Notes: a model not told the origin generated them from the sequence alone. 64,000 nucleotides of DNA from an uncultured Candidatus Rokubacteria bacterium (GCA_963708025.1 CAVPSB010000025.1:192001-256000), one strand, 5' to 3'; positions 9,958 through 19,930 are shown, counted from the stretch's first letter. Numbers and translations: made by a program.

Positions 9958-10804
9958 CCGGGCGGCGGACTGGCGGCGGAGCCTCCGCCCCGCGCTGCGG
10001 AACCGCCTCGTGCTCTTCGGCATCGGGATCGTCGCCGGCCTGGTGCTGCTGGCGGCGCTCGCGGATGCCGTTGCCCCCTACGACCCGACCGAGATGAAGG
10101 TGGCCGACGCCCTGAAGGGACCGTCGGCCGCGCACCCGTTCGGGACCGACCGCTTCGGCCGTGACGTGCTCAGCCGGACGATCCACGGGAGCCGGATCGC
10201 CCTCGGGGTGGCAGTCTCCAGCATCGCCATCGCCTTCGTCGTCGGCACGACGCTGGGGCTGGTCGGCGGCTACGTCGGCGGGTGGCCGGACCTGGCGATC
10301 GGCCGGCTCATGGACATGCTCTTCAGCTTCCCCACGCTCATCCTGGCCATCGCCATCGCCGCCATGCTCGGGCCCGGCCTGAACAACGCGGTGCTGGCGA
10401 TCGCCGTCGTCTACGCCCCGCTCTTCAGCCGGGTGGCGCGAGGCCCGGTCATCGCCGAGCGGGCCAAGGAGCACGTGCTGGCCGCCCTCGGCCTCGGTGC
10501 CGGCGCCCCGCGCGTCGTCATCCGCCACATCCTGCCCAACGTGCTGGCGCCCCTCATCGTCCAGGCCTCGGTGAGCCTGGCCTTCGCGATCCTGACCGAG
10601 GCCTCGCTCAGCTACCTGGGGCTCGGCACCCAGCCGCCCGACCCCTCGTGGGGCACGATGCTCAACGAGGGCCGGACCTACCTGGAGACCGCGCCGTGGA
10701 TGAGCGTCTTCCCGGGGATCGCCATCATGCTGGCGGTTCTCGGCTTCAACCTGCTCGGCGACGGCCTGCGCGCCATCCTCGACCCCCAGCTCCGCGGCCG
10801 CTGA
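9950..10804 (+). CDS. Peptide ABC permease, DppC-like
   Basis: HPFGTDRFGRD; RHILPN; FNLLGDGLR. Confidence 0.92.
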   Translation: MPDRAADWRRSLRPALRNRLVLFGIGIVAGLVLLAALADAVAPYDPTEMKVADALKGPSAAHPFGTDRFGRDVLSRTIHGSRIALGVAVSSIAIAFVVGTTLGLVGGYVGGWPDLAIGRLMDMLFSFPTLILAIAIAAMLGPGLNNAVLAIAVVYAPLFSRVARGPVIAERAKEHVLAALGLGAGAPRVVIRHILPNVLAPLIVQASVSLAFAILTEASLSYLGLGTQPPDPSWGTMLNEGRTYLETAPWMSVFPGIAIMLAVLGFNLLGDGLRAILDPQLRGR

Positions 10805-10844
10805 CGCCGCCCTCCGGGGCGTCGCTCCAGTGCGACCGCCCTAG

Positions 10845-10930
10845 CCCCCTTCCGCTCCCTCTCCCTTCCAGGGAGAGGGTCGGGGTGAGGGTCGATAGGG
10901 GCGCGTGGCTCCCCCTTACCCTGACCCTCA
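10845..10930. repeat. REP-like element, truncated copy of 25320-25430
   Basis: Closely matches the reverse complement of 25325-25430. Confidence 0.7.
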
Positions 10931-11158
10931 CGAGCGTCCCCTGACCCGCGCGGCGCGGATGGCGGACCCGGCTACGGGCTTGATGGATCGCCGGAGCCGA
11001 AGGAGTCGCTCGATCGCCCGCCGCCGATTCTGGCGGCGACGGTCCTCGACTGCCTGGCTCATGAGCCGAGCGACGATCGCACTCTTGTTCGTCCCGGCGA
11101 AGACCCGATCGAAGGTCTTCTTGACGTCATCAGGCACGCTGAAGCTCACCGTCGCCAC
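10928..11158 (-). CDS. Ribbon-helix-helix antitoxin (orphan)
   Basis: MATVSFSVPDDVK...NKSAIVARLM; GGAGG RBS; TTGACA-N17-CAGAGT upstream. Confidence 0.75.
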   Translation of the reverse strand: MATVSFSVPDDVKKTFDRVFAGTNKSAIVARLMSQAVEDRRRQNRRRAIERLLRLRRSIKPVAGSAIRAARVRGRS

Positions 11159-11316
11159 GGCAGACCTCCATCGCTGAAATCGTCAGCAACGCCCACTCTG
11201 CTGGCTTCATGCGTCGCTGTCAATCATTCCGCATCCCGAGGAGTCGGGCGAAGAGGCGAGCATGAGGGCCGGCCCTGCTATCATCACGCCAGGATTCTCT
11301 GCGGGAGGTGACTGTT

Positions 11317-11607
11317 GTGCCTCAGATCCTCGTGCGAGGACTCGACGAGAAGACCGTGAGGCGCCTGAAGGCGCGGGCCCGGACGAGCGGACGGTCGCTG
11401 CAGCAAGAGATCAAGGACATACTCGAGCGCGCGGCCACCACGCCCACGATGGTGGAGGCGAGACGGCTGGCCGACACGTGGCGCCGGCGCCTGGCCGGCC
11501 GGTCGTTCTCGGACAGCACCAGGATGATCCGGGACGATCGAGGGTCTCTCAGCGGCTCGAATAATAGATCAGGCTACGGGCCGAAGAGGCGGACGGTCCA
11601 GAGGTAG
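11317..11607 (+). CDS. FitA/Arc-like antitoxin (orphan, C-terminus altered)
   Basis: QILVRGLDEKTVRRLKARARTSGRSLQQE. Confidence 0.75.
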   Translation: MPQILVRGLDEKTVRRLKARARTSGRSLQQEIKDILERAATTPTMVEARRLADTWRRRLAGRSFSDSTRMIRDDRGSLSGSNNRSGYGPKRRTVQR

Positions 11608-12851
11608 GTCTCGGGGAGATAGGTCACGACGCCGAGGACGAGGAGGAGGAGCGGCAGGAAGCGGAAGACCTGTCCGAAGATCGCCTCGGGTGGGATGTTC
11701 GTCATCGAGGAGACGAAGAAGACGAGCTGGCCGAACGGCGGCGTGATCGCCCCCAGGACGACGTTCATCACCACGACCATCCCGAAGTGGATCGGGTCGA
11801 TGCCGAGCCGGGCGGCGATCGAGGCCAGGATGGGCGTGACCAGGATCAGCAGGGTGACCCCCTCCATGAGGGCGCCGCCCAGCAGCAGGAACAGGTTGAC
11901 CACCAGCAGGAAGACCGGCGCGCTGTTGCCGAAGGAGGCGAAGAAGGCCGCGACCTGCTGCGGGATCTGGTTGTAGGCGAGCACCCACGAGACGGGCGCC
12001 GACAGGCTCACGATCAGCATGATGGCGCCGCTGTCGACCGCGGTCTTGGCCAGGATCCCGGGCAGGTCCCCGAGCCGCATCTCCCGGTAGACCAGGGTGC
12101 CGAGGACGAACGTGATGAGCACCGCGACGGCGCCGGCCTCGGTCGCCGTGAAATAGCCGAAGCGGATCCCGCCGACGACGATCACCGGGAGCGTCAGGGC
12201 GAAGCCGGATCGCCGGAAGGCGGCCGCGATCTCGCGCCACGACGCCCGGGGCGAGCCTGCCCCGTATCCCATCCGCCGACAGACCCGGTGGACCGTGATC
12301 GACATCGCGAGGGCCATCATCAGGCCGGGCACGATGCCGGCCACGAAGAGCTTCCCGACCGAGGTGTTCGCCATGGAGGCGTAGATCAGCATCGCGATCG
12401 AAGGGGGAATGATGTTCGACAGCATCCCCGAGACCGCGGTGATCGCCGCCGAGAAGGGGGCGGGGTAACCCTGGGCCCGCATCTGCGGGATGGTGACCTT
12501 GCAGTCGATGGCGGCGTCGGCGGCCGACGAGCCCTGGATGCCCCCGACCAGCACGCTCAGGGCCACGTTGACCTGGGCCAGGCCGCCGGTCAGGTGCCCG
12601 ACGAGCACCCGGGCGAGATCGAACAGGCGCTGGGCGATCCCGCCCGAGGTCATCAGCGAGCCGGCCAGCATGAACAGGGGGATGGCCAGCAGGACGAAGT
12701 TGTCGCTGGCGCTCGCCGTCTTGGCGGCCACCACCGCCAGCGGGACGTCGTGGGTCCAGACCACCCCGATGACCCCGGTGAGGGCGAGGCACACGACGAT
12801 CGGGAGCCCGAGCAGGATGAGCGCCACGAACATGATCCCGATCACGGTCAT
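11574..12851 (-). CDS. dctM: TRAP large permease
   Basis: LLAIPLFMLAG; IIPPSIAM; TATEAG; ITPPFG. Confidence 0.93.
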   Translation of the reverse strand: MTVIGIMFVALILLGLPIVVCLALTGVIGVVWTHDVPLAVVAAKTASASDNFVLLAIPLFMLAGSLMTSGGIAQRLFDLARVLVGHLTGGLAQVNVALSVLVGGIQGSSAADAAIDCKVTIPQMRAQGYPAPFSAAITAVSGMLSNIIPPSIAMLIYASMANTSVGKLFVAGIVPGLMMALAMSITVHRVCRRMGYGAGSPRASWREIAAAFRRSGFALTLPVIVVGGIRFGYFTATEAGAVAVLITFVLGTLVYREMRLGDLPGILAKTAVDSGAIMLIVSLSAPVSWVLAYNQIPQQVAAFFASFGNSAPVFLLVVNLFLLLGGALMEGVTLLILVTPILASIAARLGIDPIHFGMVVVMNVVLGAITPPFGQLVFFVSSMTNIPPEAIFGQVFRFLPLLLLVLGVVTYLPETYLWTVRLFGP

Positions 12852-12863
12852 CGCGGGCGCTCC

Positions 12864-13430
12864 CTACGTGGCCGGACCGGACGCGCGGCCCCGCGCCCGC
12901 CGGAAGCCGCGCACGGCGTAGACGATCATGAGGGCCCCGCTGGCGGGGACGATGGTGCTGAAGTACCCGGCGGGGATCTGGAGCGTCGGGAGCTCGCGGC
13001 GCATCGAGATCTCGACCACGGGCACGCCCAGGACGAGCAGGAGGACGCCCATCACGATGGGCGACAGGCGGATCGCCCGGTCCCAGACGACCCCGGCCGT
13101 TCCGCGACGCGCCAGCCAGTCGCTCGCGGTGCTCATCCGCACGTGGGCGTCGTACTTGACGCCGATGGCGCCGCCCAGGAAGACGACCCACAGGAACAGC
13201 ACCTTGACCACGTCCTCCACCCACAGGACCCGGTACCAGTCCGTGTACCGGGACAGGACGTTCGCCCCCACCAGCACCGGAAGGAGCCCGGTGCAGGCGA
13301 GGGCGACGATCTCGGGGACGATGGTCCACCAGCGCCGCCAGTCGAGCGGGATCCGGAAGATGTCCAGCTCGGGCGCCTCGGGGCCCGGCGGCGGTCCGCC
13401 GGGCCCGCTCGAGGGATCGGTCTCGACCAT
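12864..13430 (-). CDS. dctQ: TRAP small permease
   Basis: 4 TM segments; W.ED...LFLWVVFLG; lies between dctP and dctM. Confidence 0.85.
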   Translation of the reverse strand: MVETDPSSGPGGPPPGPEAPELDIFRIPLDWRRWWTIVPEIVALACTGLLPVLVGANVLSRYTDWYRVLWVEDVVKVLFLWVVFLGGAIGVKYDAHVRMSTASDWLARRGTAGVVWDRAIRLSPIVMGVLLLVLGVPVVEISMRRELPTLQIPAGYFSTIVPASGALMIVYAVRGFRRARGRASGPAT

Positions 13431-13447
13431 GCCCTGGTCGGGGCCGT

Positions 13448-14482
13448 CTAGCGCTTCGGCGCCTCGCTGCGGATGGCGTCGATGAGCGCCTGGCCGGACT
13501 TGCCGAACCGGCCCACGTACTGGTCCCAGGCGGGCTTCATCGCGGTCCGGAAGGCGTCCCGATCGGGATCCTTCACGACCTGCATGCCGAAGTCGATCAG
13601 CTTCTTGAGCTGGGCGTCAACGTCGCCGCTGGCGGCCTTGCGCTGGGCGACCACCGAGCGGGCGACCGCGGCCTTGAGGACCTGCTGGAGATCCGGGGGC
13701 AGCTTGGCCCAGGTCTTGTCGCTGACGGAGGTGGGCGCCGCCCCGTAGACGTGCTGGGTGAGCGACAGGTACTTCTGCACCTCGTAGAGCTTGCCGGTGA
13801 GGATGATGTTGAACGGGTTCTCCTGGCCGTCGACCACGCCGGTGTTGAGCGCGTTGTAGACCTCGGTGAAGTCCAGCGCCACCGGCTGGGCCCCCACCAG
13901 CGACCACGCCATCTGGTGGACGGCGCTCGGCAGGGTCCGCAGCTTGAGGCCCTTCACGTCGGCCGGCGTCCGCACCGGCCGCTTGTTGTTGGTCAGGTTG
14001 CGGAAGCCGATCTCCCACCAGCCGAGCGGATGGAAGCCCACCCCGTCGAACAGCTTGTGGAGCTCCGCGGAGACCGGTCCGTCGAGCACGCGGTACACGT
14101 GGGCGTAGTCGTCGAAGATGTACGGCAGGTCGAGGGCGGTGGCGGCCGGCATGACGGAGCCCATGGCGCCGGTGCTCGGGCTGGCCAGGTCGATGGAGCC
14201 GAGCTGCATGCCCTCGATCATGTCCCGGTCGGTCCCGAGCTGGGCGTTGGCGAAGATCTTGATCTGCAGGCGGCCCTTGCTCAGCTCGTCGGCCGCCTGG
14301 GCCAGGGCCACCGCGCCCTTGTAGTACGCGCTGTCCTCGCTCAGGGAGGTGGCGTAGCGGAGGGTGACGGGGCTGCCCTGGGCGCTGGCATCCCGGGCCC
14401 GGTCTCCGGACCGCCCGAGACTCAGGCCTACTCCCAACGCCAGGAGCACGATGACGGGGAAACGGAACCGCAGTGGACGCAT
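13448..14482 (-). CDS. dctP: TRAP substrate-binding protein
   Basis: GFRNLTN; GLKLRT; GVVDGQEN. Confidence 0.93.
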   Translation of the reverse strand: MRPLRFRFPVIVLLALGVGLSLGRSGDRARDASAQGSPVTLRYATSLSEDSAYYKGAVALAQAADELSKGRLQIKIFANAQLGTDRDMIEGMQLGSIDLASPSTGAMGSVMPAATALDLPYIFDDYAHVYRVLDGPVSAELHKLFDGVGFHPLGWWEIGFRNLTNNKRPVRTPADVKGLKLRTLPSAVHQMAWSLVGAQPVALDFTEVYNALNTGVVDGQENPFNIILTGKLYEVQKYLSLTQHVYGAAPTSVSDKTWAKLPPDLQQVLKAAVARSVVAQRKAASGDVDAQLKKLIDFGMQVVKDPDRDAFRTAMKPAWDQYVGRFGKSGQALIDAIRSEAPKR

Positions 14483-14556
14483 ATGGCCTCCCGCTCCTCG
14501 GGCCGCCGGGCCCGGCTGGTTGAATGCGGCGCGCGGCGCCCGGGCCGCGACGCTTA

Positions 14557-14598
14557 AGGCTACGGCCGTCCCGCCCGGGCATCTGTAGCGGGCGATAC
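14557..14598 (-). promoter_or_regulatory. NtcA-type class II promoter for the TRAP operon
   Basis: Minus strand GTA-tcgcccgc-TAC-N22-TAGCCT. Confidence 0.7.
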
Positions 14599-14625
14599 CA
14601 AACGCCGGCGGCGGCCCCGCCGTTG

Positions 14626-14668
14626 GTATCCCCCGCTACAGACCCGCGGGCGACGGCGGCCGTAGACT
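14626..14668 (+). promoter_or_regulatory. Mirror NtcA-type promoter, antisense to the Crp/Fnr gene
   Basis: Plus strand GTA-tcccccgc-TAC-N23-TAGACT. Confidence 0.6.
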
Positions 14669-14676
14669 GGCTGCCG

Positions 14677-15384
14677 TCAGGAGAGCTGGGCGCGCTCCAG
14701 GAGGCGGTCGGGCTGGCGAACGATCAGGTGCCGCTTGTCCCGGGTGACGATCCCGTCGCGGATGAGCGCGCCGATCTCGCGGGTCACCGTCACCCGCGTG
14801 ACCCCGATCATGCTGGCCAGGACCTCGTGGGAGAGGTGGAGCGCGACGCGGGTGCCGCGGCCACCGGCGACCGGCGCCCCGTAGTAAGTCGCCAGCCGGC
14901 ACAGGATGAACGCGACGCGCGCCGGGGCCTTCTTGAACATCGCCGACTCGAGCTGCAGGGCGAACAGCCGCTGCTTGCGCGTGATGCTGCGAAGGACCTC
15001 GAGGGTGACCTCCGGCTGGGCGTGCATGGCCTCGAGCATGGCCTTGCGCGGGAAGACCCGGACCGTGGACGCCTGCACGGTGACGGTGGTCGTGTGGTAG
15101 GGGAGGCCGTCGAAGCACGCGGCCTCGCCGAACAGCCCGCCGGGCTCGACGATCGCCAGCACGTGCTCGCGCCCGTCGTTGTTCCCGAGGAACAGGCGGA
15201 TGCGGCCGGAGACGAGCTGATAGAAGCGGTTGGACATCTCCCCCTGCTGGTAGATGAACGCGCCCTTGGGGTAGCTCTTGAGCGAGGCCAGGTGGCCGCA
15301 CAGCTCGGCGAGCCGGCTCTCGGCTCCCACGATCGGGGAGCTCGGGTCGCTGACGGCACGGAGATACGCGGGCTTTCGTCCCAT
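14677..15384 (-). CDS. Crp/Fnr regulator with an NtcA-like HTH
   Basis: cNMP-type domain (PGGLFGE); HTH LSHEVLASMIGVTRVTVTR. Confidence 0.92.
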   Translation of the reverse strand: MGRKPAYLRAVSDPSSPIVGAESRLAELCGHLASLKSYPKGAFIYQQGEMSNRFYQLVSGRIRLFLGNNDGREHVLAIVEPGGLFGEAACFDGLPYHTTTVTVQASTVRVFPRKAMLEAMHAQPEVTLEVLRSITRKQRLFALQLESAMFKKAPARVAFILCRLATYYGAPVAGGRGTRVALHLSHEVLASMIGVTRVTVTREIGALIRDGIVTRDKRHLIVRQPDRLLERAQLS

Positions 15385-15482
15385 CTCGCACCGGGCGGCG
15401 TCGCGTCGGGGCCCGCCGGCTCGGGGAAATCACTATAGCGGACGGGCGGTTCGAAGGAAAGGACGGGGGAGGCGCCGGGCAG

Positions 15483-16664
15483 ATGGCGGAGCGCAGGACG
15501 GTCAACGTCGGGCTGATCGGCGGCGGCGGGATCGCCCGCCTCCACGCCATCGCCTATGCCGGCGCGCCGGCCTATTTCGCGCCGGACCTCCCGGCGGTCG
15601 TCCTCCGGCGGGTCGCCGAGGCCGACGCGACGCTCGCGCGGTCCGCGGCCGAGCGGCTTCGGTTCGAGGAGTGGACCACCGACTGGGAGGGGCTGGTCGC
15701 CAGCCCGGACATCGACCTGGTCAGCATCGCCACCCCGAACTTCCTCCACGCCCCGATGGCGATCGCGGCGGCGGCGGCCGGCAAGCACGTCTTCTGCGAG
15801 AAGCCCCTGTCGAACACCGCGGCCGACGCCGAGCGGATGTGCCGGGCCGCCGAGGCGGCGGGGATCGTCCACGCCGTGAACTTCAACTACCGCAAGGTCC
15901 CGGCCGTCCAGTTCATCGCCCGCCTGGTCCGGGCCGGCCGGCTCGGCGCCATCCGGCAGTTCCGGGCGGCCTTCCTCCAGGACTGGGGCAACGACACCGG
16001 GATCCCGCGGTCCTGGAAGTTCGAGGCGAGCAAGAGCGGCGGGGGCGCCCTGATCGGAACCGGGAGCCACATCATCGACCTGGCCCGCTACCTGGTCGGC
16101 GAGCTGGACCGCGTGGTGGCGACCACCGAGATCTGGGTGAAGGAGCGCCCGCTGCCGGCGTCGTCGCTTCCCTTCGCGGCGGTGCGGGGAGAGGCGGAGA
16201 TGGCGCCGGTCGACGTGGACGACAGCGCCTACTTCCTGGCGCGGTTCGTGGGCGGCGCCATCGGGGTGTTCGAGATCAGCCGCTGCGCCCCCGGGCGCAA
16301 GAACCAGCTCGCCCTGGAGATCCACGGCAGCCTCGGGTCCGTCACCTTCGACTACGAGCGCCCGAACGAGGTGAAGCTGTACCTGGCCGACGGGGACGCG
16401 GAGGTCGCCGGCTTCCGCACGGTCGTCATCGGCCCGGCGCAGGACGACGCGTCCCTGGTCCCGTTCCCCGGCTTCGGGGTCGGGTTCATGGAGAGCATCC
16501 TGTTCCAGGTGCGCGACCTGCTCCGGGCGATCACGGGCGGCCCCGCCATGTCGCCGAGCTTCCACGACGGGTGGCGGGCCCAGGCGGTCGTGGAGGCGGC
16601 CCTGGAGTCGGCCCAGAAGGGCTGGGTCTCGGTGCCCCCGCTCCCGTCCGTGGCGGGGAAGTGA
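15483..16664 (+). CDS. Gfo/Idh/MocA oxidoreductase
   Basis: VGLIGGG; KHVFCEKP; DVDD. Confidence 0.92.
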   Translation: MAERRTVNVGLIGGGGIARLHAIAYAGAPAYFAPDLPAVVLRRVAEADATLARSAAERLRFEEWTTDWEGLVASPDIDLVSIATPNFLHAPMAIAAAAAGKHVFCEKPLSNTAADAERMCRAAEAAGIVHAVNFNYRKVPAVQFIARLVRAGRLGAIRQFRAAFLQDWGNDTGIPRSWKFEASKSGGGALIGTGSHIIDLARYLVGELDRVVATTEIWVKERPLPASSLPFAAVRGEAEMAPVDVDDSAYFLARFVGGAIGVFEISRCAPGRKNQLALEIHGSLGSVTFDYERPNEVKLYLADGDAEVAGFRTVVIGPAQDDASLVPFPGFGVGFMESILFQVRDLLRAITGGPAMSPSFHDGWRAQAVVEAALESAQKGWVSVPPLPSVAGK

Positions 16665-16679
16665 GGCTGTGAATCAATC

Positions 16680-16760
16680 GGGTCCTCCGGCTCCCCCCTC
16701 CCCCAGTGGGTGGGGGAGGGGGGTGGGGGGGAGGGAGGGAGGTCCCGAACGTCCCGAACT
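16680..16760. repeat. REP-like element, family 2
   Basis: cctccggctcccccctccccc...gggtgggggagg...ggaggtcccgaac shared with 19820-19915. Confidence 0.65.
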
Positions 16761-16763
16761 GAG

Positions 16764-17543
16764 ATGCGCTTCGCGGGGAAGGTCGCGATCGTCACGGGGG
16801 CCGGCGGAGGGCTGGGGGCCCACTACGCCGCCGCGCTCGCCCGGGAGGGCGCCGCGGTCGTGGTGGTCGATCGGCTAGCCACCGTCGAGGCGACGGCGGC
16901 GGCCATCCGCGCCGCCGGCGGCGCCTGTACCGGGGTGACCGCCGACCTCACGGACCAGGGTGAGGTCGGCCGCCTGGCGAGCGCCGCGCTCGAGCGCCAC
17001 GGGCGCATCGACATCCTCGTCAACAACGCGGGCGGCGGCTCCAGCGTGACGACGACCGCGGGGTCCATCGAGGAGGAGGATGCCGTCTCCTGGGACCTCC
17101 ACCTGGGCGCCAATCTCAAGACGGCGTTCCTCTGCACGCGGGCGGTCGCCGGGCCCATGAAGCGGCAGGGCTACGGGAAGATCGTGAACGTCTCCTCCCG
17201 CTCCGCGCGGATCACGGATCCCACCGTCCACCAGTCGCCCGCGTACGCGGCGGCGAAGACGGCGGTGCTCGGGCTGACCCGGTTCAGCGCGCGGGAGCTG
17301 GGGCCGCACGGCATCACCGTCAACTGCATCGTCCCGAGCCTCGCCATCAGCGGACCGGTGCTGCAGGGCTACTGGGAGCGCATGAGCGCGGAGCGGCAGG
17401 CCGCCTTCCTCCAGCAGATCGCGCTCCGGCGCCTCCCGCGCCCCGACGAGCTGACGTCGGCGGTGCTCTTCCTCTGCAGCGACGAGAGCAGCTACATCAC
17501 CGGCGCGTCACTGGACGTCAACGGTGGCTCCTTCATGCCCTAG
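16764..17543 (+). CDS. SDR oxidoreductase
   Basis: TGAGGGLG; NNAG; YAAAK. Confidence 0.92.
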   Translation: MRFAGKVAIVTGAGGGLGAHYAAALAREGAAVVVVDRLATVEATAAAIRAAGGACTGVTADLTDQGEVGRLASAALERHGRIDILVNNAGGGSSVTTTAGSIEEEDAVSWDLHLGANLKTAFLCTRAVAGPMKRQGYGKIVNVSSRSARITDPTVHQSPAYAAAKTAVLGLTRFSARELGPHGITVNCIVPSLAISGPVLQGYWERMSAERQAAFLQQIALRRLPRPDELTSAVLFLCSDESSYITGASLDVNGGSFMP

Positions 17544-17552
17544 ATCCGAACC

Positions 17553-18878
17553 ATGGAGGCCAGCGCAATGAAGCGACGGCACTTCCTCAAGGTCAGCGGC
17601 ACTGCGGCAATCGCGAGCACCGGCATCGCCGGCATCCTGGCCTCCGGCCGGGCGCCGGCCCACGCCCAGGGGACCAAGCTGCACATCCTCCGGTGGAACG
17701 ACTTCATCCCCCAGGCCGACGTGGAGCTGAAGCGCCAGGCCACGGAGGCGGGGAAGGCCCTGGGGGCCGAGATCACCTTCGAGTTCGTCGCGACCAACGA
17801 CCTGCAGCCCCGCATCACCGCCTCGCTCCAGTCCGGGTGGGGCGCCGACGTCATCATGATGCTGTGGGCCTGGCCCCAGCTCTACGCCAACAGCCTCACC
17901 GACGTGTCGGACATCGCGGAGCCGATCGGGACCGCCCAGGGCGGCTACTACGACGTCTGGAACGCCACCGCGAAGGTGGGCGGCGCGTGGCTGGCCGTCC
18001 CGCACAGCGTGGGCGGCTACGTCGCCAACTACCGGCGGTCCTGGCACGCGGAGATCGGCGTCCGGGAGTACCCGAAGACCTGGGAGGAGTGGCGGGAGGT
18101 CGGCACGAAGATGAAGGCCAAGGGCAAGCCGGTCGGCCAGTCCCTGGGCCGCGGCCTCGACCCGGCGACCTTCTCGTATCCCCTGCTCTGGGACTTCGGC
18201 GGGGCCGAGGTGGACGAGAGCGGGAAGAAGGTCGTCATCAACTCGAAGGCCACCCTGGAGTCGGTGAAGTTCCTGCAGGCGTTCTGGAAGGACGCGTGCG
18301 ACGAGGGCGGTCTCGGCTGGGACGACACCAGCAACAACCGCGCGTTCCTGTCCGGTGACCTGAGCTCCACCGGCAACGGCCCGTCGATCTACATCGTCGC
18401 CAAGCGCCAGCAGGACAAGCTGAAGGACGACAAGGGCGCTCCCCTCTACCTGGACATCGACCACGCCTTCCTGCCGAAGGGGCCCGTCCGCCAGGTCCAC
18501 CTCAACACGCCCTTCCAGCACACGGTCCCGAAGTACTCGAAGAACCAGAAGCTGGCCAAGGACTTCCTCCGCTGGCACCACCAGCGGGAGAACTACGAGA
18601 AGTGGTGGACGATCAACGAGGGCTACAGCATGGGCGCGGCCCGGGTATGGGAGGACCATGCCATGTGGTCCCGGATCGACAAGCCGCTCCAGATCATGCG
18701 CCAGATGGTGCGCCTGAGCCTCATGTTCGGCTACCCGGGGCCGGCGTCGGCCAAGGCGACCGAGGCCCAGAGCAAGTTCATCGTCTCCGACATGTACGCC
18801 CACGCCGCGCGCGGCATGAAGCCCGAGGACGCGGTGAAGTGGGCGGAGACCGAGCTGAAGAAGGTCTACGAGGCGTGA
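17553..18878 (+). CDS. Extracellular solute-binding protein (Tat)
   Basis: KRRHFLK signal; WDDTSNNRAFL. Confidence 0.85.
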   Translation: MEASAMKRRHFLKVSGTAAIASTGIAGILASGRAPAHAQGTKLHILRWNDFIPQADVELKRQATEAGKALGAEITFEFVATNDLQPRITASLQSGWGADVIMMLWAWPQLYANSLTDVSDIAEPIGTAQGGYYDVWNATAKVGGAWLAVPHSVGGYVANYRRSWHAEIGVREYPKTWEEWREVGTKMKAKGKPVGQSLGRGLDPATFSYPLLWDFGGAEVDESGKKVVINSKATLESVKFLQAFWKDACDEGGLGWDDTSNNRAFLSGDLSSTGNGPSIYIVAKRQQDKLKDDKGAPLYLDIDHAFLPKGPVRQVHLNTPFQHTVPKYSKNQKLAKDFLRWHHQRENYEKWWTINEGYSMGAARVWEDHAMWSRIDKPLQIMRQMVRLSLMFGYPGPASAKATEAQSKFIVSDMYAHAARGMKPEDAVKWAETELKKVYEA

Positions 18879-18882
18879 CAGG

Positions 18883-19803
18883 ATGAGCCCGAGCGAGCAG
18901 GCCGCCGGGTATCCGGACCGGCCGGTGCGCGTCATCGTGCCCCTCCCCCGGGCGGGTCGACGGAGTTCGCGGCCCGCACCGTGACCGCCGAGATGCAGAA
19001 GATCCTGGGCCAGCCCTTCGTCGATCGAGCCCCGGGTGGGGGAGGCCGGGATGGTCGCCCTCCGGGCGCTGGCCGGCGCCGACGCGCACACGCTGATGGT
19101 CGGCAACGTCAACACCAACTCGATCGTGCCGGCCCTCTTCGCCAAGAAGCTGGGCTTCGACTACGACACGGGCATCACGCCGGTGTCGCGGCTCACCGAG
19201 TTCCCGAGCCTGCTGGTCGTGAAGGCCTCGGTCCCGGCCAGCACGGTGCGGGAGTTCCTCGCCTACGCGAAGAAGGTCTGGGGCCGGGTCCGGAACGGCA
19301 CCGACTGGATCGGGAGCTACCCGGACATCGACGGGCTGTTCCTCGGCAAGGCGGCCGGGGTCGAGGTCGTCAACGTGCCCAACCCCGACGCGGCCGACGG
19401 CCTGCTGGCGGCGGTCGCGGGGGGGGCCATCGACATGGTATTCCTGAACGCGCGGACCGCCGGCCGCGGGATCCGGGCCGGGACGATCAAGCCGCTGGCG
19501 GTGTCGGGTCCGGTCCGGCTGGCGGGGTGGCCGGACGTGCCCACGATGGCCGAGTCGGGATTCGAGGGGATCGGCACCCCGCACTGGCAGGGGCTCTTCG
19601 CCCCGGGCGGCACCCCGGCCGCGATCATCCGGCTGCTCCACCGGACGGCGGTGCAGGCGCTGGGGGCCGCCGAGGTCCGCGCCGCGTTCGAGCCGGTGGA
19701 CGTGCGGGTGACCCCGAGCGCGTCGCCCGAGCAGTTCGCGGCGGAGATCCGCGCGGAGCGGGTCCGGTGGGACCAGGTGAAGGGGGAGCTCGGGCTCGGG
19801 TGA
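18883..19803 (+). CDS. TctC/Bug substrate-binding protein (5' frameshifts)
   Basis: YPDRPVRVIVP; LGQPFV; PDVPTMAESG; WQGLFAP. Confidence 0.8.
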
Positions 19804-19819
19804 GAGCGTGTCAGGGAAT

Positions 19820-19915
19820 GGGACCTCCGGCTCCCCCCTCCCCCCGGTGGGTGGGGGAGGAGGGCCAAAGGCCGAAGGCCGGCGAAGGGTCGGGTGGGCG
19901 GGAGGTCCCGAACAG
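19820..19915. repeat. REP-like element, family 2
   Basis: Matches 16680-16760. Confidence 0.65.
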
Positions 19916-19930
19916 AAAAGGAAGGTCGAG

